Below are positions 1 to 13,883 of a stretch of DNA of 64,000 bases, one piece after another. This DNA is from Hydrurus foetidus. Lineage: Eukaryota. The notes under the pieces were generated by a model that was not told the DNA's origin, did no database searches, and was given only the letters and a program-made list of their open reading frames with translations. The stretch's first letter is position 1. Each line of letters starts with the position of its first letter. The DNA is taken from positions 1 through 64,000 of the forward strand of contig UYFQ01000479.1 of assembly GCA_900617105.1 (NCBI GenBank), written 5' to 3'. Made by a program: the position numbers and the translations under genes.

Positions 1-945
1 TTACAATGTATTCAGTTAAAAATCAGCTTGCATATAATCTAAAACAGCTGATAGCGTTGTTCAGAATAAAATTTGACGTTTCAAATCATTTCAAAATAAA
101 TTTATTACTCTAGGCGCGAAATTTTGATGCTCGCCGAGCTGTGATGCTCTCTCCAGCTTTGGAGAGCATAGGTCTTCGAGCTCATCAGGTGTGAAAGTCC
201 TCGACAATTTTGATATTGAACTCATTTCAACTAGGATTTCACTTCTGAAAATTGATTTCATCTTCGAATGTACCGGACAATCCCGGGCGGAAATCGTGGA
301 GCAATCCGAGCAGCATCTCAAGACTCAGTCTCGGAGAGCAGAGTTAGATAGTACATATTACACGTAAATACGCTTGCATTTTTTGAACTTCAGTGGCATC
401 TAAAAAATTTAAAACTAGTTGCATATTTTGAACTTTATTCTTGTTTTTATAATTTAAAAATGATTCAGAACATTCCAATGACTCGCGCAATTACATTGGC
501 GCAAAATAAACTCTGTAAGAAGTATTCTTGGGGATCAGTTACGGTGATTTTATGTAACTGCAGAAATTGATCATGAGTAATCTGAGAATATTTCTCATTT
601 CTGAAAAGGAACAGGAGAGCTCATGCAATCACAAATCAAATTAAACACGTTGCGAGAAGATTCGTCATCAAAATTGTTGGGCAGAAATCATCCGCCTCGA
701 AGCCCACGGCAGTTACGGTCGGTTCGTTATGCACAGCATACACCAAAGTATTTGTTCTCCCGAATTCTTTTTATCACGTTCCAGATATATTTAGGACTCT
801 GGGTGTGTGATCTGGGACTCGGTTCAATTTGGGATTCCTGCACGGAATGTTCGGACGGTAACTACCATGAGAGCGATCAGCTCTGTGATGATGTGGGTTT
901 CATGAGAAGCATATCATATAAAGGTCTTCTTCACAATTTTCTGGA

Positions 946-3900
946 ATGGTTCCTTCCATCGCCGCATCAGGCACCAGCTGCTGCGGTCCATCAGACCCAA
1001 CCGAAACCATAGAAACCGCGAAACAAACGTATTTAAAGCATGATGCAGGCGATGATATGTATGCTGGAGTGCTGAAAGCATACTACTTCCCTCTCTTGCT
1101 GAGATATCATAGATATGGATGCTATTTATGGGTAGCAATCTTCGTGATTTCTATCGTATTTGGTCCTCAATTTCTATCACTGACTAAGTCCAACCTTGAT
1201 CTCCCACCCAAAACAAGTTCGTCACAGTCTAGTGCTGCTCTTCAGGCAAATTACCCTGAAAAGTCAAGGTTAGACCTGCGATGGGATAATTTTGCCGCAA
1301 GTTCTTCTTTTATATTTGCTATATCTCAATTATCAACGATTGAACCTACTTTTTCAAAGATGGACACCATCTTTCATCGTCGCTCAATCAAGTGGAAGTC
1401 AATTTGATTTCAACTCTTACCCGAAGAGCATCAATGCCGCTCTCAACAATTTCGTGTCAGCAAACAATGACATTATTTCTGGCAAGACCGGATACTATGA
1501 CTTCATCAACAACCCAAATCTGAAGTTCTTAGCTTCGAAAACTGTCTCAGCGAACAACCAAACGATGGTCTTCACCATCAACTTCAAGAAAGAAGCCTCT
1601 CTGACTAATATAAAGAAAACAGTAACAAAACTGCAGAAATTCGCTGAAGATCAATCATATCCTAATGTCGAAGTGGGTTGCACGGGTCTAGAGGCCCTCT
1701 TTAACGACTTAGCTGTTGGATCAACACTTGCCTTCGAATTGATTGATGCAGTTGTCATACCCGTGTCTCTGGTCATCTTGGGATGTAATCTGAGATCATA
1801 TCGGCATATTCTCGTCGCCATCGTCAGCTTGGGATGCACCTTACTACTGGCCTTGGCTATACTGGTACCGATAGCGAATACTGTGCCGATCAATCCTTTC
1901 GCCCCTTCTATATTACTTACACTCGGAGTGGCTGTATGTTTCGACTACTCCCTATTCATTTTATCCAGATACCGAGAAGAGATACTTGTCAATAAGCTTT
2001 GCAAGGAGGAGGCCGTCTACGTTTGTTTACTGGCATCTGGTCACGTAGTTCTGCTAAGTGGATTCACACTTTTTATCACCTTCGTCCTCCTGATTGCGTT
2101 TCCTCAAAACTTCTTGCAATCAGTGGGCTATGGGTGCGCAACGATCATCTGCACAGCAGTACTGAGCAACATGACGGTTACCCCCTGTTTACTGCTCACT
2201 TTTGACTGCCTGACCAAGTTCGACGCTTTTCCTCCTATACCATCGTGCTGCAGCAAGCTATTATGCAAGAACACCATCAAATCTGAGGAGAATGCGGAAG
2301 AAATGGCACAGGAAAGTAGCCGGTGCACTTACATAAGTCGCATCGGAGCAAATGAGGGATCTGTCGGCAGACGTAACGGAAACGACTTGAAGGGGTCCGA
2401 ACTCAGCAGAACCAATGCAGGCGTAACTCTCACTCCCAGGAAGGCGTGGTTCCATATAGCATACTTCGGAGCAAAAAGACCTTACTTGACTCTTTTGATA
2501 TCGCTAGCAATTACTGTGCCCTTCGCTATGCAGTGGTCAAACCTGGTGAGTGGAATTTAATTAAATGCCATATCTGCAATGTGGACGCTTCAAACTCGTA
2601 AACAATCTCGACCGCTTACACCCTTATAAACCATGCTCTTCTCAATTTTATCGTAGAATGCCTCATCAGATAACAATTTAGTATTTCTGAGAGGATCATC
2701 TTCTTTGAAATTTTTGGACATTCTAGCGTCATCGTTTCCAATCGGTGCCATTGACCCCTACCAGGTGCGTGTTATGAGATGAAATGAGATGAGAAGTGTG
2801 CTGCTCTACCAACCATACTGTCTGACACTTTTACTTGTTCTTGCAGATCATCATGACCACCGGCGTTCCTGGTGGTGTGAACAGCCAGGCGTACTTTGAC
2901 ACAGAGAGCAATCTCGTCAAGAAACTGCTGCGCGAGCAATCGAGCTACATAGACACGAAATCGATCACATCCCTCTCCTTCTTCAACGGCCAATATATCG
3001 ACTTCGCGACTTCTCAGTCGTATCTCTCCCCCTCCTTCCCTGGGTACGATGGTACGGAAGCAACTCGATACCGCATACTAGCTGCATCACAACGTAATGC
3101 AGATGACTCAGCGACAGTCATAGCAATTGAAACCATTGTTGACCCAGTGGGGGATGTCATCATCCCATTCATCCTCAGCGTGCGCAAAACATTACTGGGC
3201 ACTGAGACAACTCTTTACTCGAAGAGCCTTCCCGTGGAAGCTTATCTATATGGGGGATACTGCACGACATACGACATACAGGTGATGCATCATGAAGACA
3301 ACAAACATTATGCACCGATGTCTGCCCTGCATTCGTCTGCACAGGAGATTTCATCTTCATGCCATTTTTAATCCCTCTTGCAGGTTATTATGTATGAGCT
3401 ATATCCAATCATGATCGCATCAACGATCGCTGTCGTCATTTTCATTATCGGTGTAAGCTTCGGGAGCGTTCTTCTTCCCATACGTCTTCTCTTAACGGTG
3501 GCGATCAGCCTTTGTTGGACATACGGTCTTCTGGTAAGTGCGTGTGTATGCATGTATGACGTGACGTGATATTTTGTTGCATGACGTCACACTTGCTTTG
3601 GAGTGAGACATGTTCCTCCTTATTTTGATGAACATCCAGGATAACTCGATCGGCATTTCTTACCCTCTTCTGTCCGCAGGTTATTGTTTACCAGCCTGGG
3701 CCAGGCAGAGATGCTTTCATCAAGCTCAATCCCATTCTCAAAACCTCCTCAGGTAATAGCAGTGTGGCAGAAGCGATTGACGGATATTGGTGTTTCAACA
3801 AGATGCTGGTCTTACAACAATGCCATCGACCACCTATGTTTCTGACAGCCGTATCTACTCGTAACTTTTCACCAGGCGTATACTGGCTTGTTCCCATTAT

Positions 3901-4764
3901 GTCATTCTCCATCCTCGTTGGTTTAGCCATGGACTACGACATTTTCCTCATGTTACGGGTACGTACGGACGTACGTCTGTATGTGCAATATGACATACTT
4001 CGAATTAATTACCGAACCGTCACATTAAAATCTGCTTGTTCTGAGAACGGCATGCGATATGTGACGAAATCTTTCTTGTGAGTTACGTAAATTTGATCGA
4101 AGCAACTCTACACTTCTGTTAAAGGTTCTCGAATTCCGCCTGCTGGGCTGGTCTGATCGCGCCGCAGTTTGTTTGGCAGTTGAAAAAACTGGCAATGTCA
4201 TCACAGCCGCAGGGTTGATTATGTCCATCAGCTTTGCAGGTGAGAGATGAGCTGCATCACCGCATCAGATATTGAATGATTATCTCGAAAAAGTTCTCTT
4301 TTTTTACATATTTTGTACTATATTTTACCGGAACAGGCCTTCTGCTACCTCCAACAACGGTTCTCAATCAGTTCGGCTTTGTGCTGTTTATTGGAGTGGC
4401 CATCGACACTTTCATAGTGAGAACCATCATTGTTCCAGCTGCTGTGACTGCTTTCAGTCTATCTCTATGCCGCGTTCCGAAAGTATGCATTAAGACAGCC
4501 GATACTAACATAGAAGACGCACGTCAGTGTCCTGCTCATCTCAACAGAAAGGCCATAGGAGATGACCATGAGAAGTCTATCTGGAGACCTAGCGATGCCG
4601 ATGTCAATTGGTGGCCTTATCTGGTTCCTAAGGCGCTGCTCTCTCTAGAGGGAGAGGAAGCAGCTCTCTGGGCCGGATACAACAACCCCGCTGACTACAT
4701 CGCTGAAATGGAGAATCCAACTCCGGTAGTATTTGGGGTCAGTGACGCTGTCTCGATCACCTAA
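946..4764 (+). CDS. MMPL/RND-family multi-pass membrane transporter (about 9 exons)
   Basis: ORFs 946, 1292, 2835, 3378, 3764 and 4276 join through GT-AG introns (first intron 1269-1359; last donor near 4240, acceptor 4336). Two TM bundles carry MMPL motifs: LGVAVCFDYSLFILSRYREE and ASGHVVLLSG; LVGLAMDYDIFLMLRVLEFR, KTGNVITAAGLIMSISF and GVAIDTFIVRTIIVPA. Confidence 0.88.
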
Positions 4765-5734
4765 TGCTGGCTTCCTCGAGAAAATTTCGAATGACGTCAC
4801 GAATTAATGATGTTCGTTATGTACACACGTACTGGCATAATTATCCACATCAGTGACCAAAGCGTGTAATGTGAATGCGCGGGGATCATTTTTGAATCTA
4901 CTAGCACGCAACGCGTTCACCTATTCGTAAGTTGGAATCCATATGTGTCGAAAATTGTCAGCACTCAATCATCTTGAATATCCGTGATTAGCAAATGGCT
5001 ACTTCTCCGGACTATACAATGTTTTCAGTCAAAGCAGAGACTTTTCTTAAGATAGAATACACACTCTATGACTTTTAGTGAGTTCATGGTTATTATTGCA
5101 GACCAATGGACACTGACAGCATAATACAACACATTTTAGCAAAACATTCGCACGAGCAACCTACTCTTACTATGTTCTATTTTTTAAAAACTAATATGAC
5201 TTGAATTTTTAAAGAAACGTTTCACACCATGTTTTCATGATTTACGCTCTCTTTGCTGTTAAGTATATCAATATTTGTTAACGCTGCGCGCGCATATCGC
5301 TGTCGTGACCGACATTGCTGAGTATCACTCTATCCATCTCCTCAAGTACGATACGGAATACGGGAAGATCCTGTGTTATTGCACGGCGGATATGATACAT
5401 GTAGGAGCTCAAGTAGAAGCAGGAGGAGATAGAAGTTTAGGTAGGAGCAGGAAGGAGTTACAGAAGCAGACTGAAAGACTAAAAAAAACTGTCACCAGTG
5501 CGTTGGACAGCTGACAACGCCGTTTCTCTAAAAAATGTACCGTACCCGTTCATGTGTGGGGAAGACGGTACGGTAAATAGTAAATAGTAATACGTACATC
5601 TCGAATCTCATCTCCTTTCGAGGGAGACTGCTGCCGTAAATAGTTAGAAGTTAGAAGTCACTCATCCGATATCTAACATAAAACTCGTGGAAATTTGAGT
5701 TTCAGAATGTTTTCATCAACGTGATGTCTTTGCC

Positions 5735-8700
5735 ATGACAGTGACACATCCGATTTCCTGTCTCTCACGAACTGATGGTGAGATTTCGACGTGCTATCAC
5801 TCTTTCTATTGGATACTGTTGCTAACAGATGGAAGAATCGACGTGACAGCTCGCATACCCTCAGCAACTGGCGACGTCGACATAGTAGAGCAAGGACTTC
5901 ATATATTCATCTCTGATGTGAATGATAAGGGTTCAGTCAGCAAAGAATCCTGCGGGAGCTTCGTACTGACAACATCTGATGGGAGTCGCTACTATGCTTT
6001 CTGGTGTGGGCTAGAATCTAGAGTGTTTGTCGCAGTGTCTAGGTTTTCCCATTTTGGTTTCTCTCGGCAGCTGATTGTGCTGCTGGGTGCAGAAGAGACC
6101 AGGTCTATCAAAGCCCAACTACTAACACTTTGCGAGACTCCAATCTTGCCAAGTTGCGGTCTTACATATGTGATGCAATTCAATTCTGGGTCTGTGAAAC
6201 TTGATTTCAACACTGCAGAGCAAATTAACGATAACGATGTGAATATGATTCCACTATCCATATTCTCTCCGCACATGTTAGTAGCTGCTTGGGAATCAAT
6301 CTTGTTGGAGCGGAAAGTTCTACTCATCTCAGTGAGTCCTTCTATCATCTCTCCGTGCTGCGAATTTCTGAGAAGGCTCATGCTACCATTAAATTTGGTA
6401 AACACATTCGTACCCTTACTTCCCCGGCAACTTATCAACGCTATTGAAGCTCCATTTCCGTATCTTTGTGGTGCAGAAACATCTTCCGTGCTAGACTCTG
6501 AGGCAGATCTGTCTAACATCGTCCTAATAGATCTTGACCTACGTACTGTTACGATGCCTGAAATAAGTTCTGAGAATCCTGATGTTTCAATGCCGAACAT
6601 CTTGAAAATAACTTTGCTGAAAGAGATTACTGACATCATGCTTCGACCCTTCACATCTTGGATTGAAAGACCATGCACATTTATCAAATCCGCGCGTAAA
6701 TTTCCTCAGCACTTTATCAGACCTTCTTCAGAGGAATCTCAAAGTCTTCAAGCTGATCAAATAATGAATCTTTTTATTGACACAAACTTGTCCCTCTTAA
6801 CAGCCAGGGATTGCACTGTAAAAGCTTTTTTCCGTAGAGTTGACATTCACAAAAGCGGAATATACTGCCCTGAAGTTTCAAAGATATTAAGACAGGGAGA
6901 AAATACTCCGTATTGCTTTGACCTTAGGCATGGGGTGGGCTACGGCTGTTTGCAGCTACTAAGGGAATGCAAAGAAGACTCCACTCTTCATTTCTTGACG
7001 TGTTGGGTTGAGTGTGATGAGTGCAGTCTGGCAGTGTACAAGTACGCAGATGAGCTTCCTTTCCTATTCATCAGCATGAGTGATATTCGAAACATCTCAC
7101 CGTCTAGCATCCAGCCTAGGGGTCATGTGTTTGAGGTAGAGGTGTGTCAGTTGGTACGTCAAACATACAGTTTTGTTGCCGCTGACAATGCATCGAGAAC
7201 TAACTGGATGAGTTTTATAGAAAGCAAAATAAACGACACGTCATCATCCAACATCATCAACACTGATAGCGGGATGTTAAGCGAAAAATTGACACCAAAG
7301 AACTTGGGTGTTAAGATTCCATCACCGGTTACATCCGGCCCTACCAGCAGGTCATCTATGACAACTCCCAATTCTCATTTCACAACAAGAAGCGCTGTGA
7401 GTGTGTATGACGAGTTGTTCAAGATTGGAGACATCAGAAGATCTGCCACTCCCTCTGCAGTCATAGAGAACCTGACCAGCTCGGATAATATAGCAAGTCC
7501 TTACAGTGCCAGAAGCTCATCTCCAGTATTACCGCTAACGGCTGATTCCGGCCACGGTCAAAATCAAATTCCCTTAGGAACAACTCCAAAGCAATCTTAT
7601 CAAAATGATGCAGAATGTGCAGAATCCTCCAGCTACTCAGTGTTCCGATCTTGTGTTATGAATACGCAAATGGTGGCATATTTGGAATGTCAACTTTCTC
7701 TAGAGCCTTTTGAGCCTATACTCAGTGTACTCAGAACGGAGGGTCTGGGATCCCTAAAAAGCTCAAAATCAATGAAAAGTGCTCCTATAAAGCTAGTGAA
7801 CTGTTTTATCGACTCAACCATTGGGGGGTTCTTGTGGCATGGAGGAACTGTTATTGGTCTGATGGAGAAACTGAGGAATCAAGGTGACTGGGAGAGCAAA
7901 GCGGAGCTTTCTTCTGTTCTTGAAATGCTCGAAGAAGGCGCTCTTTTGAACGAAATAGCAGCACAGAAACAGTCCAGAGCTTTTCTTACCACACCCACTG
8001 ACTCGGAGGATTCCGGAGAATATTCCGATGTTGAGACGGAGTCAGTGACGGATCACACAGAACAAAACACTGCAGGTATCAGAATTGCCGAACACTATTA
8101 TTTTCTATTTACGCGGCATCTGCATGTATATCTCTGATATCATATATTTTATTTCACGTGATGGCATAGATACATTTAACTCGAGTTGTCACTACTGATT
8201 GTGACTTAGTGTGTCTTGTCCGTACCACTCTTTTTGTGTACATGCACTCATGGGTTGAGACACGGTGCCCCTTGTAACGGACATCGTGCATGTTTTACCA
8301 AAGACATCTTTGTGACCGTTAAACTCTGTCACGCCATAGCCCTCCACAGAAACACCTTACATGATTATTCTTGACTGCACTTTACTTCACTTCATCAGTG
8401 ACTATTTAGATGTCTTCTAACTCGCTATATCCATTTCAATGCTCACAACATGCCTTTACTGCTGCAGAGACGATGGGCAGAAAATGGTCAAAGTCTTGCA
8501 AGCCCTTGGAGAAGAAGGAGAGTAGAAGGAGCTTTGCTATACGCGAAGCTCTACTCGCCTCCTCCTTCTCCTCCCATGACGCCAACAGTCTACTCGAAGC
8601 TGCTGGTTTAGAGCCATCTGGGGATGGTGTTCTGTCACCTGGTGACGCCAGTGTGGATGGGTATGCATCAACTCCGAAGAGAATGGGGTCAGGGTCGGGG

Positions 8701-10935
8701 TCGGGGGTGGGAACGCGCCACGTGTTGAGTGAAGACGATGATGATGAGGAAGAGGAGGAGGAGGACGATGAGGGGGAGGAGTATGACGACATGGAATTGA
8801 ACGGGGACCTGGACCTTCCCCCTCAACTTGAAGGTGACATCACTCAGAAGTCCGTTAACTCCAAGGATCTTCGTAAAGACGGTGTGGGGAGAAGACATAC
8901 ATCACTGGGATCCATGTCAGATGACGTGGACCTTGGACCTATTCTAGAACACATCGAAGGATTCCTAAGAATACAATCTGTATTTTATACGAAGAAATAT
9001 TCATCGGTGAGTTGTGATGTAACAAATTTTACTGATCCTATTTGGCAAATATTTTTTCAATGTTATTAGTCTGTTTGTCTGTTTGACACTATGTGTATGT
9101 ATCAGTGCTGTTTCTTAGCGATTTTCTGCTGAATATTCAAAATCTATCTCCACGGACTTCCCGTTCTCTGTGCGGTTATATCTTGCATTGCATTTCATTT
9201 CATTTCATGTCCTATCTATTCTCCACTATCTTTTTCTTTCTATGCCTTCACGCTCTTTGCAATCATATCATACATTTCATGCCTACAATTCCCTCCCTCT
9301 CCCCCTCCCTCTCCCTATCCCTTTCATTAACTGATGCTATTTCAGAATGCGCCTCGTCACGCATCTGATCAAGGCACTGCTGATAAGGAGATCAATCAAG
9401 TGCCACAGGGACGGTCGAGATCTGATACCGCGTCTTCCAACTCATCAAACAGGAACAAGTTGACTCTAACAAAAGAGAACATTGAAGCGGGTGAGACGAG
9501 GAGAGTACAGCAGAGGAAGCATCAGTGGGTGAAGATGAGTCACTCTGACGTACTTGTTCTCAAGAGGAACATTCTTTCTTCAGTGCAGCAGTGCGAAGAA
9601 GCACTTAACAAAACAATCGTGGAGGTGATCTATTCTAATCTTTTCGCATCTGTTCTGTTCTAAACTGTTCTAAACTGTTCTTAACTGTGTCATACGTATA
9701 CTCACATTCACGACACGCAGCCTATTGTATCGCCATGTCTGACATGCAAGTCTTAATAGTGACATTTCTGATTGATAGAGTGACATTAACTTTACTCCAG
9801 TATGCATTGGTATTACCCTCTGCATCCCTACAAAACGTCTTTCCCGTAATGTACTGTACAGCACAGTACTGCTCAGAATGCTAATGTGCATTACAATTGA
9901 CATTACTTCACTTATTTGATCTCAGGATCGGATGGAAATATCATCAAAAATAGTGATGAAGCAGCAGTTAGTAGAGGCCAAAGTGTGCTCTCCTTTCACC
10001 CACCAGATCGCTCTCTCCATCGGGTCATGTATACCACAAATAGTACCTCAACAGAAGGCTGGGGAAGGGGGTGGGAGTGGTGTGCAGTCCAATGCGCCTC
10101 TCTCCACCAATTGGTTCGACCACATGTGGGAAGTGATAGAGGTCGGACGGACCGGTTCCGATCTCCGTTTACCCCCCACAGACACGGAGTCACCTCAGAC
10201 CTTGGTCCTTGAATCCACCCAAACGGCCCCCTTGAAATCCCACTTGATAACTACTGCCGCAGACTCTGATGGTAAAGTCGGCAATCTATGTGACTCTATC
10301 CAATCCACCACTGAGAACACTCAGGGAAATAACGCATCAGATCGTGATGATGGAGAGGAGAAGAGTGTGACAGGAGGGGATGATGGAGGCAGTAAGAATG
10401 CATCTACAGGAGACTTACTCACTCTCACAGAAGCAACAAGAAGAGCTGAGAGCGATGCTGTGTCAGAAGCAAGCATGACGATTGAAATTCAGCGCAACCT
10501 GTTAACGCTATTAGAAATGCAGCTCTTGTCCCTTTCTGACAACTCGTCCAGATCTCACTTAATACCCGTCTGCCAGTGCTTGGTACGTCATATATAAACA
10601 ACATTGAGTTCTTGACTGTACATGATTTCCAATTCACTACTCTTTTTTTTTAATTTCTAAGACTGTAAAATGCTGTGTGTTCACTTTTAGAATTACTTCA
10701 GATAATTTGTGTACTCCTCCTCTGTTCCTGTATCCACCTCTTACTCTTTTTATTCCTTCTCCTTCCATCGCCTTTTCTGCCTTTCACCCCACACACCCCA
10801 TACACAGATCGGGAGACTGTATGATAAGCTGGGGGATTTTGAAAATGCCATCAAGTTCTACTCACTCGGAAAGTTCGTTAACGAAAGGTTAGAAAAGACA
10901 GCAAGATTTTATACAGTGCTGTTATGAATCTTTAT

Positions 10936-10979
<44 letters not shown>

Positions 10980-13883
10980 TTTTGTAAAAGCGCAGCATAG
11001 AATATTTTGTGTCAGTAACTCAGCTTTAATCTAATGCCTCTACATGCTATGATGCTAGCTTCGTAATCTCCACTCTAGCTGGCTCCCCCAACATACCACC
11101 TGAGACCTACAATATTCTCACGCTACAACACACGCACTAAGACACGATACATCACCGCACTCACAAACACACTTGCACACACAACTCCCTACAGGGTAAT
11201 TATGAGATGCCTCGCGCAGAAGTACCTGTTCATGACGGCCGAATCTAACCGGACTGACGGCTCGAATGCCCTCCTTGACGTTAGCCAGTTCCTTCGCAAA
11301 TCCCATGCCATCAGTGCCGCTGCTGGACTGCAGGTGAGAAGACACAGTCGTAATGATAACACAATGGTTACTCGGGGGCACTGCGAGATCGGGATATCCA
11401 TTATTGGGCACATCATCCCATCCCTCACCTCACCTGTCCTCACCTGTCCTCCTCACCTCACCTGTCCTCACCTGTCCTCACACACACCCTCACCCACATA
11501 CATACAGGCCTTCCGTCTAGTAGCAGAAGTGCTGCTCACAGACACCTCCCTGCAGTCTGGGTCTGAAATCTCCTCCAGCAAAGGTCCAGAATCCGCCCCA
11601 GAGATCGCGGATCAGACCACCACCCCTTCCCTGGCTGCTAGAAGAGACTCAGTTATGGGACGCGGAAAGGAGAGGTAACTTCTGCACTAATCTGTCCTAT
11701 TCTTGTGATAGTTTTTAGATCCGATATCATCCCCCTTCGCCATCATGCACCGTCATGGCATGCAATGCGATCCATCGCTTTGTTAAAATACACTAAATGC
11801 TACACTACAAAATCAAGCCTTTAGATGGTTCTGGAAATCAGCAGCAAAAAAAACTATTATTAGTCTACGTCTAGAGTCATAGTGACTTGCAATCCTTAAC
11901 CCTTCCCCATCTTACCACACACAGGTCAGGCGATGCTCTTCCCACCCTCAAGCTGAATCTAACTGGAGTGCAATTAGCCGGAACTGCTTCCCCGTCTGTT
12001 CTTAACAGCCGCATAATCTGCGGGAAGAAAGAAGGGGAGAAGGTGATTTATTTTCTATCTCTTTACCTTCTAGACTTAATTTTTTATATCTGAAGATGGT
12101 TATTCTATCCACTCCATTCTTGTTACCGTTATCATCCCCATGCCGATGCAAACGAGATTTTGATACACACCACACCACACACTCCCCTCCTCTCTTCTCC
12201 TATCACCTCTTCACACTCCACACCCACTCTTCTCTCCCCTCTGCCTAGGCTATCAGCTTGTCTGTTGAGCTACTCACTGAATTGAGGTCCTTGCTCCAAG
12301 CAACATTCGGCAATGAACGAGACCTGATCCAAGTCGCTCCTGAAAACCTCATCACTGCATCGATTACACCCCGCTCTTCCTCGAACACTACCTCTTTCTC
12401 CACGTACTTCTCCAAACCATCCTCCCCTATGCCCATCACTGGGTCCTCCTCTGTGTGGTACGCATTCTCACCGTCTGCAAAGACAACCAGGAAAGCCAGT
12501 GACGGAAGAATATCCGTGATAGCCGATAACAGTGGAAAGCAAGAAAAATCAGTGGAAGAATTAAACGGTATGGGCGGTATTATAAACGACTACGTCACAT
12601 CCGAAAACACTAAAATGGAACGAGACGCACATGGCGGAGTGGGGGTCAGATCGGGGTCAGGGGTCGGGTTTGAAGAAGGGGACATGAAGAGATCACCGCT
12701 CTCTAAGAACATCGAAGTGTCAGATCAAGTGCGATCCACTCACACTACTGCCTCCAGCTCTACGCCAACTTCAACTTCAACATCAACTTCAACATGGGGT
12801 GCAAAGACTACTTCCCATACCAATTTGAACGAAATCAACATCGCATCGAAGTCTCCGGATAAATTGGACCCCCCAAATAATACCGGATCTGACGGCCAGG
12901 TAGGCCGTATTATACAGTCCTCTCCCCCGCACACTCCGGAGTCCCCTACAGATGGTCCGGATAGATCGGGAGCAAGGGCGACCCTGAGCCCCAGTGCTAT
13001 GTATCGTTTGAAGGTATTTAGTATTTATCTATACTGGTGCTATGCCGTAGCTTACGCCATGCTACACTGAACATCCGAGCTTGAGAAAACTTACGTTGTG
13101 CAGGGTTGTAGCTTTCCCTCGAGTTCTCATCTTTGATCGCCTAGATACTCCGAAGGCACTTGATCAATACCGCAATACTAATTTTTACAGTTGATGTTGG
13201 ACATATTCTTCTGTTGCATTTGATCTTTTATTACATCTCACAATTAGCTGACATTTATCACAACCGGAGCGCTCTTCAACATCATTTTGGATCATAGCCC
13301 TCCCGTCCCCTCCCTTTTCTTCTTCTCACTTCTCCATCTCTTACTGGTATCACTCTACATTTCACCCCTTATCTTCCCTAATCTCACCCTTTTTGTCTTC
13401 CCTCTCGTCCTTCCTTCCTTCCTTCCTTCCTTCCTTCCTTCCTTCCTTCCTTCCTTCCTTCCTTCCTTCCTTCCTTCCTTCCTTCCTTCCTTCCTTCCTT
13501 CCTTCCTTCCTTCCTTCCTTCCTTTCTCGCTTCTTTTCGATGTATCACGTACCCTCTGTAGATCGATGTGTCTAATGACCAAGTCATGACGATACTGGAC
13601 AACCTCGTTGCTTCCCCCGATTTTGACGCCTTTGAACTGATGACGTGCAGACTCCAAGTAAGCGAATTCATCACTCTTATTCTGTATTCTGAACTCTATT
13701 TTCCGTATTTCGTATCTTTCTTTTCTTTCACCGTATCCTTCAACGCAACATCTTTTGTATGTATAATTTTTTCCCCCTCAATAAGTTCCATCTTGCTCAA
13801 ACAATGTTCTTTCTCCCGCTTTCTATAAGCCATAACATCTCACATTGCATTGGACCAACTAGAAATCTCTGACGATGAAGTAA
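5735..13883 (+). CDS. DENN-domain protein (putative Rab GEF) with PH-like and TPR-like segments, about 10-11 exons
   Basis: cDENN motifs (SFVLTTSDGSRYY, ILLERKVLLIS, FVPLLP..IEAPFPYLCG), a PH-like end (YSFVAADNASRTNWMSFI), dDENN-like NTQMVAYL and a TPR-like helix (IGRLYDKLGDFENAIKFY). Downstream ORFs 8410, 9334, 9932, 11202, 12258 and 13568 join in phase through GT-AG introns. The last exon is uncertain. Confidence 0.8.
10937..10978. repeat. (GT)21 microsatellite, intronic
   Basis: Direct reading. Confidence 0.95.
13409..13524. repeat. (CCTT)~29 microsatellite, intronic
   Basis: Direct reading. It explains the spurious PSFL and GRKE ORFs. Confidence 0.95.

Noticed and set aside
623..1012. 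129-aa ORF upstream of the MMPL gene
   Set aside because: It overlaps the MMPL start in another frame and has no domain signal.
13287..13674. ORFs with PSFL/GRKE repeats
   Set aside because: Translation artefacts of the (CCTT)n microsatellite in an intron.
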